Shown: one piece after another, positions 20,555 through 34,255 of the stretch | Numbering within the stretch: the first letter of the stretch is position 1 | How the letters are laid out: every line of letters begins with the position of its first letter | NCBI GenBank assembly: GCA_032128375.1 | Contig: JAQBGU010000078.1 | Location: 1 to 53,399 of the forward strand | DNA length: 53,399 bases | Reading direction: 5' to 3' | Source: Deltaproteobacteria bacterium | GTDB taxonomy: Bacteria; Myxococcota_A; UBA9160; SMWR01 | Notes under the pieces: model-generated | Told to the model about the DNA's origin: nothing | The model's database searches: none | Seen by the model: only the letters and a program-made list of their open reading frames with translations | Translations under genes and position numbers: made by a program

Positions 20555-21952
20555 CTAGCGCGCAGGCGACGACGGTGAAGAATTGGAAGAATTCGCCCCA
20601 GGGAGAATTTCGTGCTCTCCCCCCAGATACCCAAGCATTCGAAGTCGGGCTTCGACGGCTGGTTCGACGCCGTCGAATTGCGTCTCGAATGCCAGGCCGT
20701 GGTCCCCGGCAACGCGTCGAAAGGCCTGCTCTGAAGCGGCTTCATCATCGGGCACGGATTGGGTTTCTCGCGGATCCGCCTCGAGATCGAACTTGCGCCG
20801 TTCGGTGATCGCTCCGGTATCGACATTGAAGAATCGAAGAACCTTGTGCCCGTCGAACACGAGCGCATCGTTGAGTTGTCCGAACGCGGAGTTGCGCGCG
20901 TACACGGAGCGCTGGGCCGGGATCGGTCGGCCGCTCCGGATCGCGGTCAGAAGACTGATCCCTGGCCGCTCGACCTCTGCTTCGATTCCGAGCCATTCGA
21001 GCAACGTTGGAACGACATCGATGTTGCTAGCGGGACCAAAAACGCGGACAGATTCTGTGACCAGAGCGCTGGGTAGAATCGCGAAAGGAATTTTCAGATT
21101 GTAGTCGTGCACGCTGTGCTTTTGCCTGCGATAGCGACGGCCATAGCCGACGCGCTCGTCGTCTCCGAGCGCACGTCCGTGATCGGAGGTCACGATGAAC
21201 AAGACGTTTCCGTCGTAGCGACGTTTCAGGTAGTCGTAAATCTCCATCACCTTTCGGTCCAGGTAACCGATCGCTTCGGCGTAGCTTCCGCTAAACGGAG
21301 CGCCCCTCCAGGGCCCGTGAACGTCGATGTAATGGATGTAGGTAAATTCGGGCGTGTCATACGGTGTAGCGTCGAAATGGGCGCGTACAGCCGTGTTCAC
21401 CGAGTTCGCGAACATCGTTTCCGGAGACCAGACGCTCTCGTCGCCGCGTCGGTTTCCCTCGGTCCCGACAAAGCTCCCATCGAATTTGTCGAAGCCAACA
21501 TGAAAATCGTTCCAGTCGAGCAGGAACGGATTCGTAACGAACGCTGCAGTCGAATAACCGGCGTCTCGTAGGCGCCTTTGCAGCAGTGGAACACCAGGTG
21601 CGATCCGCGACAAAGTATTGTCGCGCAGATGCCCGTCGGCGCCGTGTTGCTGTGGATACAACCCCGACATCAAACTGATGACCGATGGATAGGTCCACGG
21701 CGCCGCAGAACGCATTTCCTCCACGACGATCCCCCGCCGGGCGGCCGCGTTGACTCCCGTCATGTACTGATCCGCTGCGTCCTTGCGAAGCTCGTCGATC
21801 AATACGATGACGACGCTCGGCCCGGAGGTGCGATCGGCTCCGCAGCCGATCGCCACCCAGCAGGCAAACAGCAGCGTTGCAAGCGGTTCGATCCGCAAAC
21901 GAACGGGAAAGTTTCGCATTCCTTCAGAGGTTATCCCACCGCGCACCGTCAC
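20555..21952 (-). CDS. Sulfatase-like lipoprotein (Thr-type motif)
   Basis: VAIG-C lipobox, LIDELRKD, AAPWTYPSVISLMSGLYP, TSDHG, RLRMLGY; 4-bp overlap with the upstream gene. Confidence 0.85.
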   Translation of the reverse strand: MTVRGGITSEGMRNFPVRLRIEPLATLLFACWVAIGCGADRTSGPSVVIVLIDELRKDAADQYMTGVNAAARRGIVVEEMRSAAPWTYPSVISLMSGLYPQQHGADGHLRDNTLSRIAPGVPLLQRRLRDAGYSTAAFVTNPFLLDWNDFHVGFDKFDGSFVGTEGNRRGDESVWSPETMFANSVNTAVRAHFDATPYDTPEFTYIHYIDVHGPWRGAPFSGSYAEAIGYLDRKVMEIYDYLKRRYDGNVLFIVTSDHGRALGDDERVGYGRRYRRQKHSVHDYNLKIPFAILPSALVTESVRVFGPASNIDVVPTLLEWLGIEAEVERPGISLLTAIRSGRPIPAQRSVYARNSAFGQLNDALVFDGHKVLRFFNVDTGAITERRKFDLEADPRETQSVPDDEAASEQAFRRVAGDHGLAFETQFDGVEPAVEARLRMLGYLGGEHEILPGANSSNSSPSSPAR

Positions 21953-24234
21953 CGGGCGGCCATGAGCGGTGAGTGAGCCGCAGCCGAAACTTCGCGGCGG
22001 CCCCGATACATCGCAGCGGCGAATAGCAATGAACTCGCCGCACTCAGCACAGCGCCCGATCCGACGCTGAGGGGTCGGTATTCGAAGCGGATGCGGTGAG
22101 CACCCGCCGAGACGGGCACACCGCGAAACAAATAGTTGGTGGCGTAGATCGTCGCGGGGCTGCCGTCGACGCTCGCCGTCCAGCCGGGATAATAGGAATC
22201 GGCCAGCACGAGCAGACCGGGGGCGAGCAGCTCGGCGTCGATTTCGACGACTGTCAATTCATCGCGGATGATCCGAACCTCATGACCGGCGCGGGGCTCG
22301 TCAGCGAGGGCGAACTCGCCTTCGACGTAACTGGCAGCAAGCGGGTCGAATCCCGGGTCGGACATTTGGGCGAGCAAGCTGTCGACTTCGGGCGCGCGAC
22401 GAGTGCGGTATGTAACGAATGCGCGAGGGACGGCGTTCGGGTTCCGTGAAACCCCAAAGTTCTTGACCTGTCGAGGTTGCGAAAGTCCAGCGGCAGCAAT
22501 GAAGTGTTTGGCGGCTGCTCGATTCATCGGCGACTGCTGGTCGGGCGTCACGAAAAACCGCACCGCCGCGATATCCAGCAAGCGGCGACGCGATGCCATG
22601 CCTTGCATTTCGGCCGTGAGCAGCCGTTCGACAACGCGGCGCTCCGGGAATACGGCACCGGCAAAGTAGGACTTCGCTTCGGGATCACGACTCTTGCCGA
22701 GCTGGAAGTAGGTGAAATATTGGGAATGTCTTCTCAGGTTCAACGGTTCGAAGTCGTCGAGCCGACGCAGACCGTAGGAGCCCGCGAGCTTCAGATCTCG
22801 GGAGCGGGCCAGCGGCAGCCAAACCGCTCGGTCGGGTCCGAGTTCGGAGGCAAGCGTGCGCCAGAAATCGGCGTCGACGTGGTATTGCGCGGCCGCGCGA
22901 GCGGTGTAGGGCAGCCGTCCCGAAATGGAGCCAGCCAGGTAGAGATCGATTGTTCCCATCGCCAGCAACGCCACACAGGCAGGCCGCACGAGGGGCGCTG
23001 GCCCACGCCATACACAGAAGGCGGACGCAGTGACACCCATAGCGAGAACCGCCGGCGCGTATTCGCCGTCCCGGGCCGCGGCGATCGCCAAGCCCAGGCC
23101 CGTGAACACCGAGGCGATTGGAGCGGCTCGCTGCGGCGATCGGTTCGCGAGCGCGTCGAGACCGATCCCTGCGAGCAGGGCGACACAAAAATTCGACAGA
23201 AACAGAATTCGCCGAGGGCTGCGAAACCAGCCGATCCCGGGAATCGCGCGATACAACTCGACACCCGCTTCACTCGAAACCGAGGCTAGAGCGAACGTCG
23301 CGATTCCGAGCCCCGCCGCCCACAACGAAAGCGCGCGGTAGCGGCCCGACAACAACGCGGCGGGAACCAGCGCAAGCGCGACGATGCCCGAAGAAAACTG
23401 GCTCCGTGAAATAGCGTCGGCAAGGGATCGGAACCCGCCGGTGCCCATCGTGAGTACCTGCAAAACGGGAACGGTGCCCATCTCGCGGGTACCGCTGAGT
23501 GTGAGTTCGAATGAAGGCAAGAGCTGAACCGCTGCTATTCCGGCGCCTAGCATCAGTGCGGCTCCAAATTGCGACAGGATCGGCACGAAACCAGCCCGTG
23601 CGCGACGTCCGCCGATCAACATCGCGCAAAGCAGCGTCCCCCATGCCCAGAGCAGGTATCCCGCCACCTGCACGTGGCCCGCCAGTAGCGTCATCGCTAC
23701 GGAAAACGCGAGCAGGCAGCCGGCGCGGAGCCCACAGCCTTCGCACAGCGCGATCACCGCGATGCACCCGAGCGGGAGCCACGATCCGGCCTCCAACATG
23801 GCCGGCCACAACAGCCACCACTGCACAGCGCCGCGCAGCGTGAAAACCACTGCTGCGAGAGCCGATGCGATCGGCGTGGCGCCAAGCCGTCGCAACAAGA
23901 GCGCAGTCGAGACGGCGACAAACACCAGATGCGCCGAGTGCGATACCGCCAGCGCAATATGCGTGGGCAGAACGACGTACAGCAGATGCGGCGGGTAGAA
24001 GAACCCCGCCTGAAGTGTCGCGATTTGTGGGTAACCGGCCAGGTGATAGGGATTCCATGTCGGAAACCGCCCGTCCGCCACCCAGCCGTAGAGCAGTTCG
24101 TACAGCGGGTAGAAATAGTTGCGCAGGTCGCTCGTGCCGCGCAGCAACTCATCCCCATTGAAGACGAAACGCGCGAGCCAGAATGCAGTCACAACCGCGG
24201 CCAACGCCCAGACCAGCGCCCGCGTTTCACGCAT
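21949..24234 (-). CDS. YfhO-family multi-TM protein (GT-C-like)
   Basis: DLRNYFYP...WNPY...GYP...FYPP; QLLPSFEL; C-terminal LVLADSYYPGWTASVDG...FRGVPV..G.H.I.F.YRP. Confidence 0.88.
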   Translation of the reverse strand: MRETRALVWALAAVVTAFWLARFVFNGDELLRGTSDLRNYFYPLYELLYGWVADGRFPTWNPYHLAGYPQIATLQAGFFYPPHLLYVVLPTHIALAVSHSAHLVFVAVSTALLLRRLGATPIASALAAVVFTLRGAVQWWLLWPAMLEAGSWLPLGCIAVIALCEGCGLRAGCLLAFSVAMTLLAGHVQVAGYLLWAWGTLLCAMLIGGRRARAGFVPILSQFGAALMLGAGIAAVQLLPSFELTLSGTREMGTVPVLQVLTMGTGGFRSLADAISRSQFSSGIVALALVPAALLSGRYRALSLWAAGLGIATFALASVSSEAGVELYRAIPGIGWFRSPRRILFLSNFCVALLAGIGLDALANRSPQRAAPIASVFTGLGLAIAAARDGEYAPAVLAMGVTASAFCVWRGPAPLVRPACVALLAMGTIDLYLAGSISGRLPYTARAAAQYHVDADFWRTLASELGPDRAVWLPLARSRDLKLAGSYGLRRLDDFEPLNLRRHSQYFTYFQLGKSRDPEAKSYFAGAVFPERRVVERLLTAEMQGMASRRRLLDIAAVRFFVTPDQQSPMNRAAAKHFIAAAGLSQPRQVKNFGVSRNPNAVPRAFVTYRTRRAPEVDSLLAQMSDPGFDPLAASYVEGEFALADEPRAGHEVRIIRDELTVVEIDAELLAPGLLVLADSYYPGWTASVDGSPATIYATNYLFRGVPVSAGAHRIRFEYRPLSVGSGAVLSAASSLLFAAAMYRGRREVSAAAHSPLMAAR

Positions 24235-24467
24235 CCGGTCTTCTGCTCACGCCAGCGACCAACGCTTCGGACTGCGAACCTCGAGGCGGAGCTGCCAGCT
24301 GCCTCCGTAGCGTTCGCGACGGCGATCCATCAGCATGAGTATATGGACGGGACCGCCACTGCGCCCCGGAACCCGCACGATGGAAGCCACCTGCCGCTCC
24401 GGAAGGATGGCCTTCAGCGCCTCGAACTCCTACCGTGTTGCGTCCACTCAGTTTAGGAGCCCCCGGC

Positions 24468-25301
24468 ATGTCTGATGATCGCGTTTCGATTTCCATTGAT
24501 GCAAATGGCGTCGCCGATGTTCGGCTGAATCGTCCCGACAAGATGAATGCGTGCGATACCGCGATGTTCGCCGCGCTAGACGCAACCGGACGCCAGCTGG
24601 CGTCGAATCCGTCGATTCGGGCAGTCGTTCTATCCGGAGAGGGTCGGTCGTTCTGCGCCGGACTCGACGTGCAAAGCTTCGGCAAGATGTCAGAGCGGCG
24701 CGAGTCGAAAGGCAATTCCAACGCCGCCAGCGGAAGTCTGCTGACAGACTCGGCCGGCAGCGCCGCGAACTTCGCGCAGCGCGCTGCGTGGGTTTGGACA
24801 GAAGTCCCGGTTCCGGTCATCGCGGCCGTCCACGGCGTGGCGTTTGGTGCAGGAATTCAGATCGCCCTGGGCGCCGACATTCGCTTTATCGCCCCCGACG
24901 CCCGCATGAGCGTGATGGAAATCAAGTGGGGCCTGATTCCAGACGTGACCGGGACACAGACACTGCGCCGATTGGTGCGGCTCGATATCGCCAAAGAGCT
25001 CACTTTCTCGGGCCGAATCGTCTCCGGCACAGAGGCTGTGGAGCTGGGGCTGGCCACCTACCTCAGCGACACGCCGCGCGAGGCGGCACTCGAACTGGCG
25101 CGCGAGATCGCTGCGCGCTCACCGGATGCCATTCGCGCCGGAAAACGCCTGCTCAACGAATCGGTTCAGGTCAGCGTGGATGAGGGTCTCCGGCTCGAGG
25201 CATCGATCCAGGCCACGCTGATCGGTACGCCGAATCAGACCGAGGCGGTCCGAGCGAACCTCGAGAAACGCACCCCGGCGTTTTCCGACCCCAAAGCCTG
25301 A
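24468..25301 (+). CDS. Enoyl-CoA hydratase/isomerase (crotonase) family
   Basis: RBS AGGAG before ATG 24468; LNRPDKMNA, FCAGLD, HGVAFGAG, EIKWGLIPD. Confidence 0.92.
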   Translation: MSDDRVSISIDANGVADVRLNRPDKMNACDTAMFAALDATGRQLASNPSIRAVVLSGEGRSFCAGLDVQSFGKMSERRESKGNSNAASGSLLTDSAGSAANFAQRAAWVWTEVPVPVIAAVHGVAFGAGIQIALGADIRFIAPDARMSVMEIKWGLIPDVTGTQTLRRLVRLDIAKELTFSGRIVSGTEAVELGLATYLSDTPREAALELAREIAARSPDAIRAGKRLLNESVQVSVDEGLRLEASIQATLIGTPNQTEAVRANLEKRTPAFSDPKA

Positions 25302-25344
25302 GCGATGCTGAGGGACCCTTCTGAGAGCGACGAGGACTGAGTCG

Positions 25345-25992
25345 ATGGCCAAGACGAGGGCAGTCATTTTCGATCTCGGCGGGGTGGTCCTCGATTCACC
25401 GCTTCACACGATCGTCCGCTATGAGCGCGCAAACGAGATCCCCGAAGGATTCATCAATCGAGTCGTCATCGATAGCGGCCCGAGTGGCGCCTGGCCCCGG
25501 ATGGAGCGCGGCGAGCTCAACATGGAGTCTTTCTTCAATCCATTCGAGAAGGACTGTGCGGACGCGGGCCAGACGATCAGTGCCCGCGGCTTGATGGAGG
25601 CGATCGGCGAAAACGCAGGGCCGCGCCCGGCCATGCTGGACGCCATCTTGGCCATTCACCGAAGGGGTCTACTGACAGCCGCACTGACGAACAACTGGGC
25701 CACCGCTGAAGCTGCCCCTGCGGGCCCCAGCGGCAGCCAGGCTCTGGCCCTCCATTTCGATTTCTTCATCGAATCCAGCGTTGTCGGCCTGCGCAAGCCC
25801 GACCCGCGGATCTACCGTCACGCATGCGACCTGATCGGAATCGAACCCGCCGAGGCCATCTTCCTGGACGATATCGGCCGAAACCTGAAAACGGCGCGCC
25901 AGCTGGGAATGACCACCATCAAGGTCGAGGACCCGTTCATCGCGCTCGTCGAACTCGAAGGCCTACTGGGCTTTTCCCTGGCCGCCAGTTAA
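25345..25992 (+). CDS. HAD-family phosphatase (sEH-N/ACAD10-N-like)
   Basis: FDLGGV, LTNNW, GLRKPDPRIY, FLDD. Confidence 0.9.
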   Translation: MAKTRAVIFDLGGVVLDSPLHTIVRYERANEIPEGFINRVVIDSGPSGAWPRMERGELNMESFFNPFEKDCADAGQTISARGLMEAIGENAGPRPAMLDAILAIHRRGLLTAALTNNWATAEAAPAGPSGSQALALHFDFFIESSVVGLRKPDPRIYRHACDLIGIEPAEAIFLDDIGRNLKTARQLGMTTIKVEDPFIALVELEGLLGFSLAAS

Positions 25993-26114
25993 GCCCCTCG
26001 GTACGGGAACCCGCTTGCAGCCGATACGATTGGGGTTGACTGATTCCCAATACCGGCTGGTTTTCCCTGTTTCGTTACCCGTTACCCATTGAGAAATCGA
26101 TCCCCCGCGGGACA

Positions 26115-26140
26115 TTCATCTATATATTGAGATAAGCTGA
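26115..26140. promoter_or_regulatory. Candidate operator/promoter upstream of metH (ATC-N10-GAT, AT-rich)
   Basis: catcTATATATTGAgata: AT-rich imperfect palindrome ~70 bp upstream of the metH ATG in a GC-rich background. Confidence 0.4.
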
Positions 26141-26203
26141 TTATTTACTACACTCGACCGACTGCACTCGCGATTCAGCTATGCGAGCCGGGAGAATCCA
26201 CCA

Positions 26204-29887
<3,684 letters not shown>

Positions 29888-31226
29888 GTTTTCGCATCTG
29901 GGCGCAAGAGCGGCACGGTTCCCGGGCCCATCGCATCGTCGACTCGGCCCGGCTCCTGTCGACTCGAGGAACGCTGGCTCTGAGAAGCGGATCAGGGCGA
30001 TCTCGCGCGGGCAGTTGATTCGCAGTGGCAGCCCGGCCATGCCGAGGCCGCGATTGACGTAGAGCGTCGTCTCTCCGCTCTTGAATACGCCGCGTGTGTG
30101 GCTCGAGATCATGCGAGATGGGTTGTGGTGGTGGGCCAGGGGTAACGCGACTTGGCCGCCGTGGGTATGTCCTGCCAGCAGCAGTGAAAAACCCAGCCTG
30201 GCGGCATGGGCGAAGTAGCTGGGCCGATGCACGAGCAGCAGGCAGGCCACATCGGCTGGAATCTCGGCCGCGATCCGATCGAGAGCTTCATGTTCCGCTT
30301 CGCGCTCCGTCCAGCCCGCGCCGCCATCGTCGAGCCCGGCGATCACGAGCGGAACACCGTCAACATCGACTGTCTCCCAGGCGTCGCGTAGCAGCCGGAT
30401 AGACGTCGAGCGCTCGATCGCGTCTGCAACGACCTCTGCGCCGGTATATACGTCGTGATTGCCCAGCACCGCGTACACGCCAAGCCGCGCTTCGAGCAGC
30501 CCTAACTCCCGGCAGCCGGCTTCCACGTAGCTGGGATCGAAGTCGAAAATGTCGCCGGTGATCACAATGAGATCTGGATTCAGGCGATTGATGCGGCGTA
30601 CAAAGCCCCGAAGTCGCTCTGGTTGCAGCAAGGGACCGATATGAAGATCGCTGATGTGCGCGATGCGAAGCCCGCTGAGTTCAGGCGTTATGCCGCGCAA
30701 CGGCAACGCGATCTCGTCGATCACCACCCGGTAGTTTCCGACCGAAGCTCCCCACAACACGGTGCCGAAGCCAGTCACGATCACCGCACCACCGAGCCAG
30801 ACGAAGACCACGCGACCGAGTTCCGCATTTCCCACTAACGCGCTGCCGCCACCAATCACCAACAGGACCACCAGCAGCAGTATTCCGGTCAGCAGTGCAG
30901 CGATGCTACCCAAAATCCAACTGCGGCTGAGAACCAGGCTGAGCCCGGTCGCGCGAACCCGCCGACGCGCCTGTGGGAAAGCCGCGGCGTTGAATGCGCC
31001 CGCCCCGACCAGACCGAGCAGCGACTGGCCAAGCGTGAGCCCTTGGCCGTAGAACGCGAGCGCAGCCCAGTGCAGAAGCAACACTTCAGCCACAGCTACC
31101 CCGGCGATCGTCACACCGAGTGTGCGCAACAGGCGGCGATTCACGGGCTTTCGGTGAACCTCTCGCGATCAGTCGCCTGGCTCGTCACGCGTGACTTCGA
31201 GGCGGTCGTTTTTGTGTTTGGACAGG

Positions 31227-32306
31227 TCACAGAACACCCATTTCCTGGAGCTGTAGTCTGTGGAGATTCGACACCGGATTTTCGACTTCGAAGTTGACCT
31301 CCTCCGGAAGGACACCGTAGTGCTTGAATTGCTTGCCCAGCCGGATCAAGATGACTGAAAAGCGCATTCCGGCCAAAATTTCGTAGTACTCGAGGTGCTC
31401 AGCGGAACGCCCGACGAGTTCTTCATACAGTGCGATGCTCTCGTCGCGGCTGGGGAATCCGGGGAGGCTTGGATTGCCGGTTCCTTCAGAATGATAGCGG
31501 CCGAGAAAAAGCCCCCAAGCCAGATCCATTACCGGGTCTCCGAGGCGAGCCATTTCCCAATCGATCACCGCTACGCACTTCGTTCCGTTGAAGATCATGT
31601 TCCCTATTCTCGCATCTCCCCAGGACAGCCCGATGCAGTCGGGCATCGGTGGCCGGTTGGCTCGCAGCCATTTGAGCGATGGCTCGACAACGGGGTGACC
31701 GCCTTCCGGGTAGGCCCATCGGTAGAAGTCGTCGTAAAAGCGGAGTTCCTGTTCGATCGGTGTTTCGCCCAGTTCGGGCATCGCGAGCCCGCCCAACCCC
31801 AGCTCGAAGGGGTCCAGTCGATGGATTGCGGCCAGCGTTTCGATGTAGCCGCGCCAAAGCGTCGACTGATCTGCGGGCGACATCTCCTTGAGAAATCCCT
31901 CGGCGGTGTACGGTGGATTGTCCGCCGGCGTCTGGCCATCGATCCGCTCCATAACATAGAAGGCGTCCCCGATGACATCTCCGGTCCAGTCTTCCCAGAG
32001 CATCTTCGGTACCGCGACGTCGGTTTCCGCCAGGGCCTTCATGATTCCGTACTGAGCCGGCAGATCGTATTCTGGGAACAGCTGGAAGCCGCTCGGCTGA
32101 ATGCGAGCCACCAGTCCCCTCGAAATCGGACGCCCGCTCTGCCTGTAGGTCAGATCGAAAATCAACGTGTCGCTCGAAAAGCCGGTCGCCCCCGGACCGG
32201 TCAGCGCGCCAATCGCGAGGTCGCGAGCCTCCGGCAACAAACCCCCAAACCACTCGACCAAGCGCTTGCGTGTCAACTCCAAGTCGCGTCCCACTGGTGC
32301 AGGCAA
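31227..32306 (-). CDS. APH-like phosphotransferase family protein
   Basis: GFSSDT, FYVMERIDG, WGDARIGN, VIDWEMA. Confidence 0.9.
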   Translation of the reverse strand: MPAPVGRDLELTRKRLVEWFGGLLPEARDLAIGALTGPGATGFSSDTLIFDLTYRQSGRPISRGLVARIQPSGFQLFPEYDLPAQYGIMKALAETDVAVPKMLWEDWTGDVIGDAFYVMERIDGQTPADNPPYTAEGFLKEMSPADQSTLWRGYIETLAAIHRLDPFELGLGGLAMPELGETPIEQELRFYDDFYRWAYPEGGHPVVEPSLKWLRANRPPMPDCIGLSWGDARIGNMIFNGTKCVAVIDWEMARLGDPVMDLAWGLFLGRYHSEGTGNPSLPGFPSRDESIALYEELVGRSAEHLEYYEILAGMRFSVILIRLGKQFKHYGVLPEEVNFEVENPVSNLHRLQLQEMGVL

Positions 32307-32487
32307 GGGGCCTTACCTCCGAATCGTCGTTGGTATCTGTGAGCAGAAGAGCTTACCCGTGACGCCGAGGGCGCGCCGCTGGAACTCCGATAAGGCCGGA
32401 GAATCCGCTTGACCTTCGCTTGAAAGGGCTAGCGTTCGTTCGCTGCGTCAATATCCGTACATTGAAGGAGCCCCTGGAACCCGTCTC

Positions 32488-33675
32488 ATGAAACTCTCTC
32501 ACACCCAGCCGACACTCGGCGCGAGCGTATTCGCGCTAGCACTACTCGCGGTCTTCTACGGCTGCCAGGCTTCCTCGCCAACGAAAGAGACACCGGCGCC
32601 CGAACCGCCGACACCAGTTCCGATAGGCGTCGACGAGATCACTCCTCCTGACCCGCCGTTGCCGTCTGGCCGCCCGGCGGAACCGGTGCAAATTGTTTCT
32701 TCCAAATTCGATCTTTCCGCTCGCTACTCAGCCGATCACGGGGGCGTAGCGATGCTAGTTGTCGAGGGCGAAGAAACCGTGCATGCGGTCGGGCAGAACG
32801 GCCATTCAATCGACGAGCCACATCCCATCCACAACGCGACGGAGAGTTTCTGGGGTGTGTTAGCGGTTGCGGCCGAAGCCGACGGCCTGCTGACACTGGA
32901 CGAGCCCGTCTCGGATACGCTCGGCGAATTCGTCGGAGCGCGCTGGAAACAGGACATTCGCATTCGGCATCTGCTCTGGTACACCAGCGGGCTCGAAGCC
33001 GGAGTGTGGCCGCTGATTCGCGAGAAGCCGCACAATCACTTCGCTCGCGCGCTTGCACTCGAGTCCGTCGCACCGGCCGGGGCGCGCTTTCAGTTCGGTC
33101 CGAGTCATCTGGCTGTGTTCGGTGAGTTGCTCAGGCGCAGGCTGGCGCCGGAGGGACTCGACGCGGTGGCCTATCTGACCCAGAGAATCTTCGATCCGAT
33201 AGGGCTGACAGTTTCGGAATGGCGCCGCGACGCTGCGGGGAACCCCGACCTCGCCGAGGGAGCGAGCTTGACTGCCACCGAATGGGCGAAGTTCGGCATG
33301 CTGCTGCGAGACGACGGCCGCTGGCGGGGAGAGGCCATCGTCGACCCATCCGAACTGCAGACCTGCTTCGTCGTCAGCGATGTCCAGCCGGATTTCGGGC
33401 TGGTGGTGTGGGTGAATCCGACCAGATCAAGATCAGCAACATCCGACTCGCTCGGCGAACCTCCTTTGCCTGACTTCCTGATGGCCGCGGGCTCTGGCAA
33501 CCAGCGAATGTATGCGATCCCTTCACTCGATCTCGTTGTGGTCCGATTGGGCCGTGCCCATCGCGGTTGGCGAGATCGCGAGTTTCTCGATTTGCTGATC
33601 TCTCAGTCCGGCGCGTCGCAAAATTCCCCTCGGGAAACGAGATCGGGTGAAAAGAGGCGAAATAGCTTGAATTGA
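32488..33675 (+). CDS. Beta-lactamase/serine-hydrolase-fold lipoprotein with substituted catalytic residues
   Basis: FYG-C lipobox, Pro-rich linker, DGLLTLDEPV, IRHLL..TSGL, WAKFG, AAGSGNQR..IPSLDLVVVR; the SxxK position reads NATE. Confidence 0.8.
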   Translation: MKLSHTQPTLGASVFALALLAVFYGCQASSPTKETPAPEPPTPVPIGVDEITPPDPPLPSGRPAEPVQIVSSKFDLSARYSADHGGVAMLVVEGEETVHAVGQNGHSIDEPHPIHNATESFWGVLAVAAEADGLLTLDEPVSDTLGEFVGARWKQDIRIRHLLWYTSGLEAGVWPLIREKPHNHFARALALESVAPAGARFQFGPSHLAVFGELLRRRLAPEGLDAVAYLTQRIFDPIGLTVSEWRRDAAGNPDLAEGASLTATEWAKFGMLLRDDGRWRGEAIVDPSELQTCFVVSDVQPDFGLVVWVNPTRSRSATSDSLGEPPLPDFLMAAGSGNQRMYAIPSLDLVVVRLGRAHRGWRDREFLDLLISQSGASQNSPRETRSGEKRRNSLN

Positions 33676-33763
33676 TGCTCGGATTATCACATCTAAGGTC
33701 CACGCTAACCGGCGTGCGGTCGAAGCTTGCTTCGCCGACCAACGATCCAAGGAGATCTACTCT

Positions 33764-34012
33764 ATGAGAGCCAAATCGTTCATTCTTGCATCTGCAGCCG
33801 CGGCAATGTTCGTCGCGGGCGGCGCAGGTATTGCCACTGCTGACCACCATGAAGGTGATGCCAAGATCAAATGTGAAGGCGCAAACAGCTGTAAGGGCCA
33901 GGCCGCATGCAAGACGGCGGACAATGAGTGCGCGGGTCACAACGCCTGCAAGGGGAAGGGTTTCGTGATGCTCTCCGAGGCGGATTGCACGGCTGCAAAA
34001 GCGAAAGAATAG
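33764..34012 (+). CDS. bufA: Bufferin-type (BufA2-like) Cys-rich secreted RiPP precursor
   Basis: RBS AAGGAG; signal peptide; CEGANSCKGQAACKTADNECAGHNACKGKG...C (6 Cys, N.CKG repeats); upstream of DUF692 and DUF2063. Confidence 0.85.
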   Translation: MRAKSFILASAAAAMFVAGGAGIATADHHEGDAKIKCEGANSCKGQAACKTADNECAGHNACKGKGFVMLSEADCTAAKAKE

Positions 34013-34024
34013 GGACTTGCCAAT

Positions 34025-34058
34025 CGCCGGGGGCGGAAGAACCAACCCGTCCCCGGCG
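34025..34058 (+). terminator. GC-rich stem-loop after the precursor gene (no U-tract; stabiliser or attenuator)
   Basis: cgccgggggcgg-aagaaccaac-ccgtccccggcg, 12-bp stem with one G-U pair. Confidence 0.6.
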
Positions 34059-34119
34059 AAGCGTGCGTCTCGACTTGGCCTAGCTACACCAGTGCGTGCA
34101 CCACTATTTCGCAAAGTTC

Positions 34120-34230
34120 CGCCAAGTACTTCGCCAAGTTCTACGCCAAGTACTACGCCAAGTACTACGCCAAGTACTACGCCAAGAACTACGCCAAGAA
34201 CTACGCCAAGTACCACGCAGCCAAGTACCA
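34120..34230. repeat. 12-bp tandem array, consensus CGCCAAGTACTA: 8 units (34120-34215) plus degenerate flanking copies
   Basis: cgccaagtactt, cgccaagttcta, cgccaagtacta x3, cgccaagaacta x2, cgccaagtacca, then cgcagccaagtacca. Confidence 0.97.
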
Positions 34231-34255
34231 CGCACATCTGCTACGCACATCACCC

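Noticed and set aside
24250..24430. Short protein-like minus-strand frame (EFEALKAILPERQVASIVRV...)
   Set aside because: No credible start and no family recognised
25993..26203. Cobalamin/SAM riboswitch before metH
   Set aside because: No recognisable conserved riboswitch elements by eye; an Rfam scan is needed to exclude one fully
33374..34237. Minus-strand 287-aa ORF with (VVLG)n
   Set aside because: Antisense to the bufA precursor and the tandem array; the repeat explains the pattern
34110..34240. CRISPR array
   Set aside because: 12-bp head-to-tail units with no unique spacers, and no cas genes in the window
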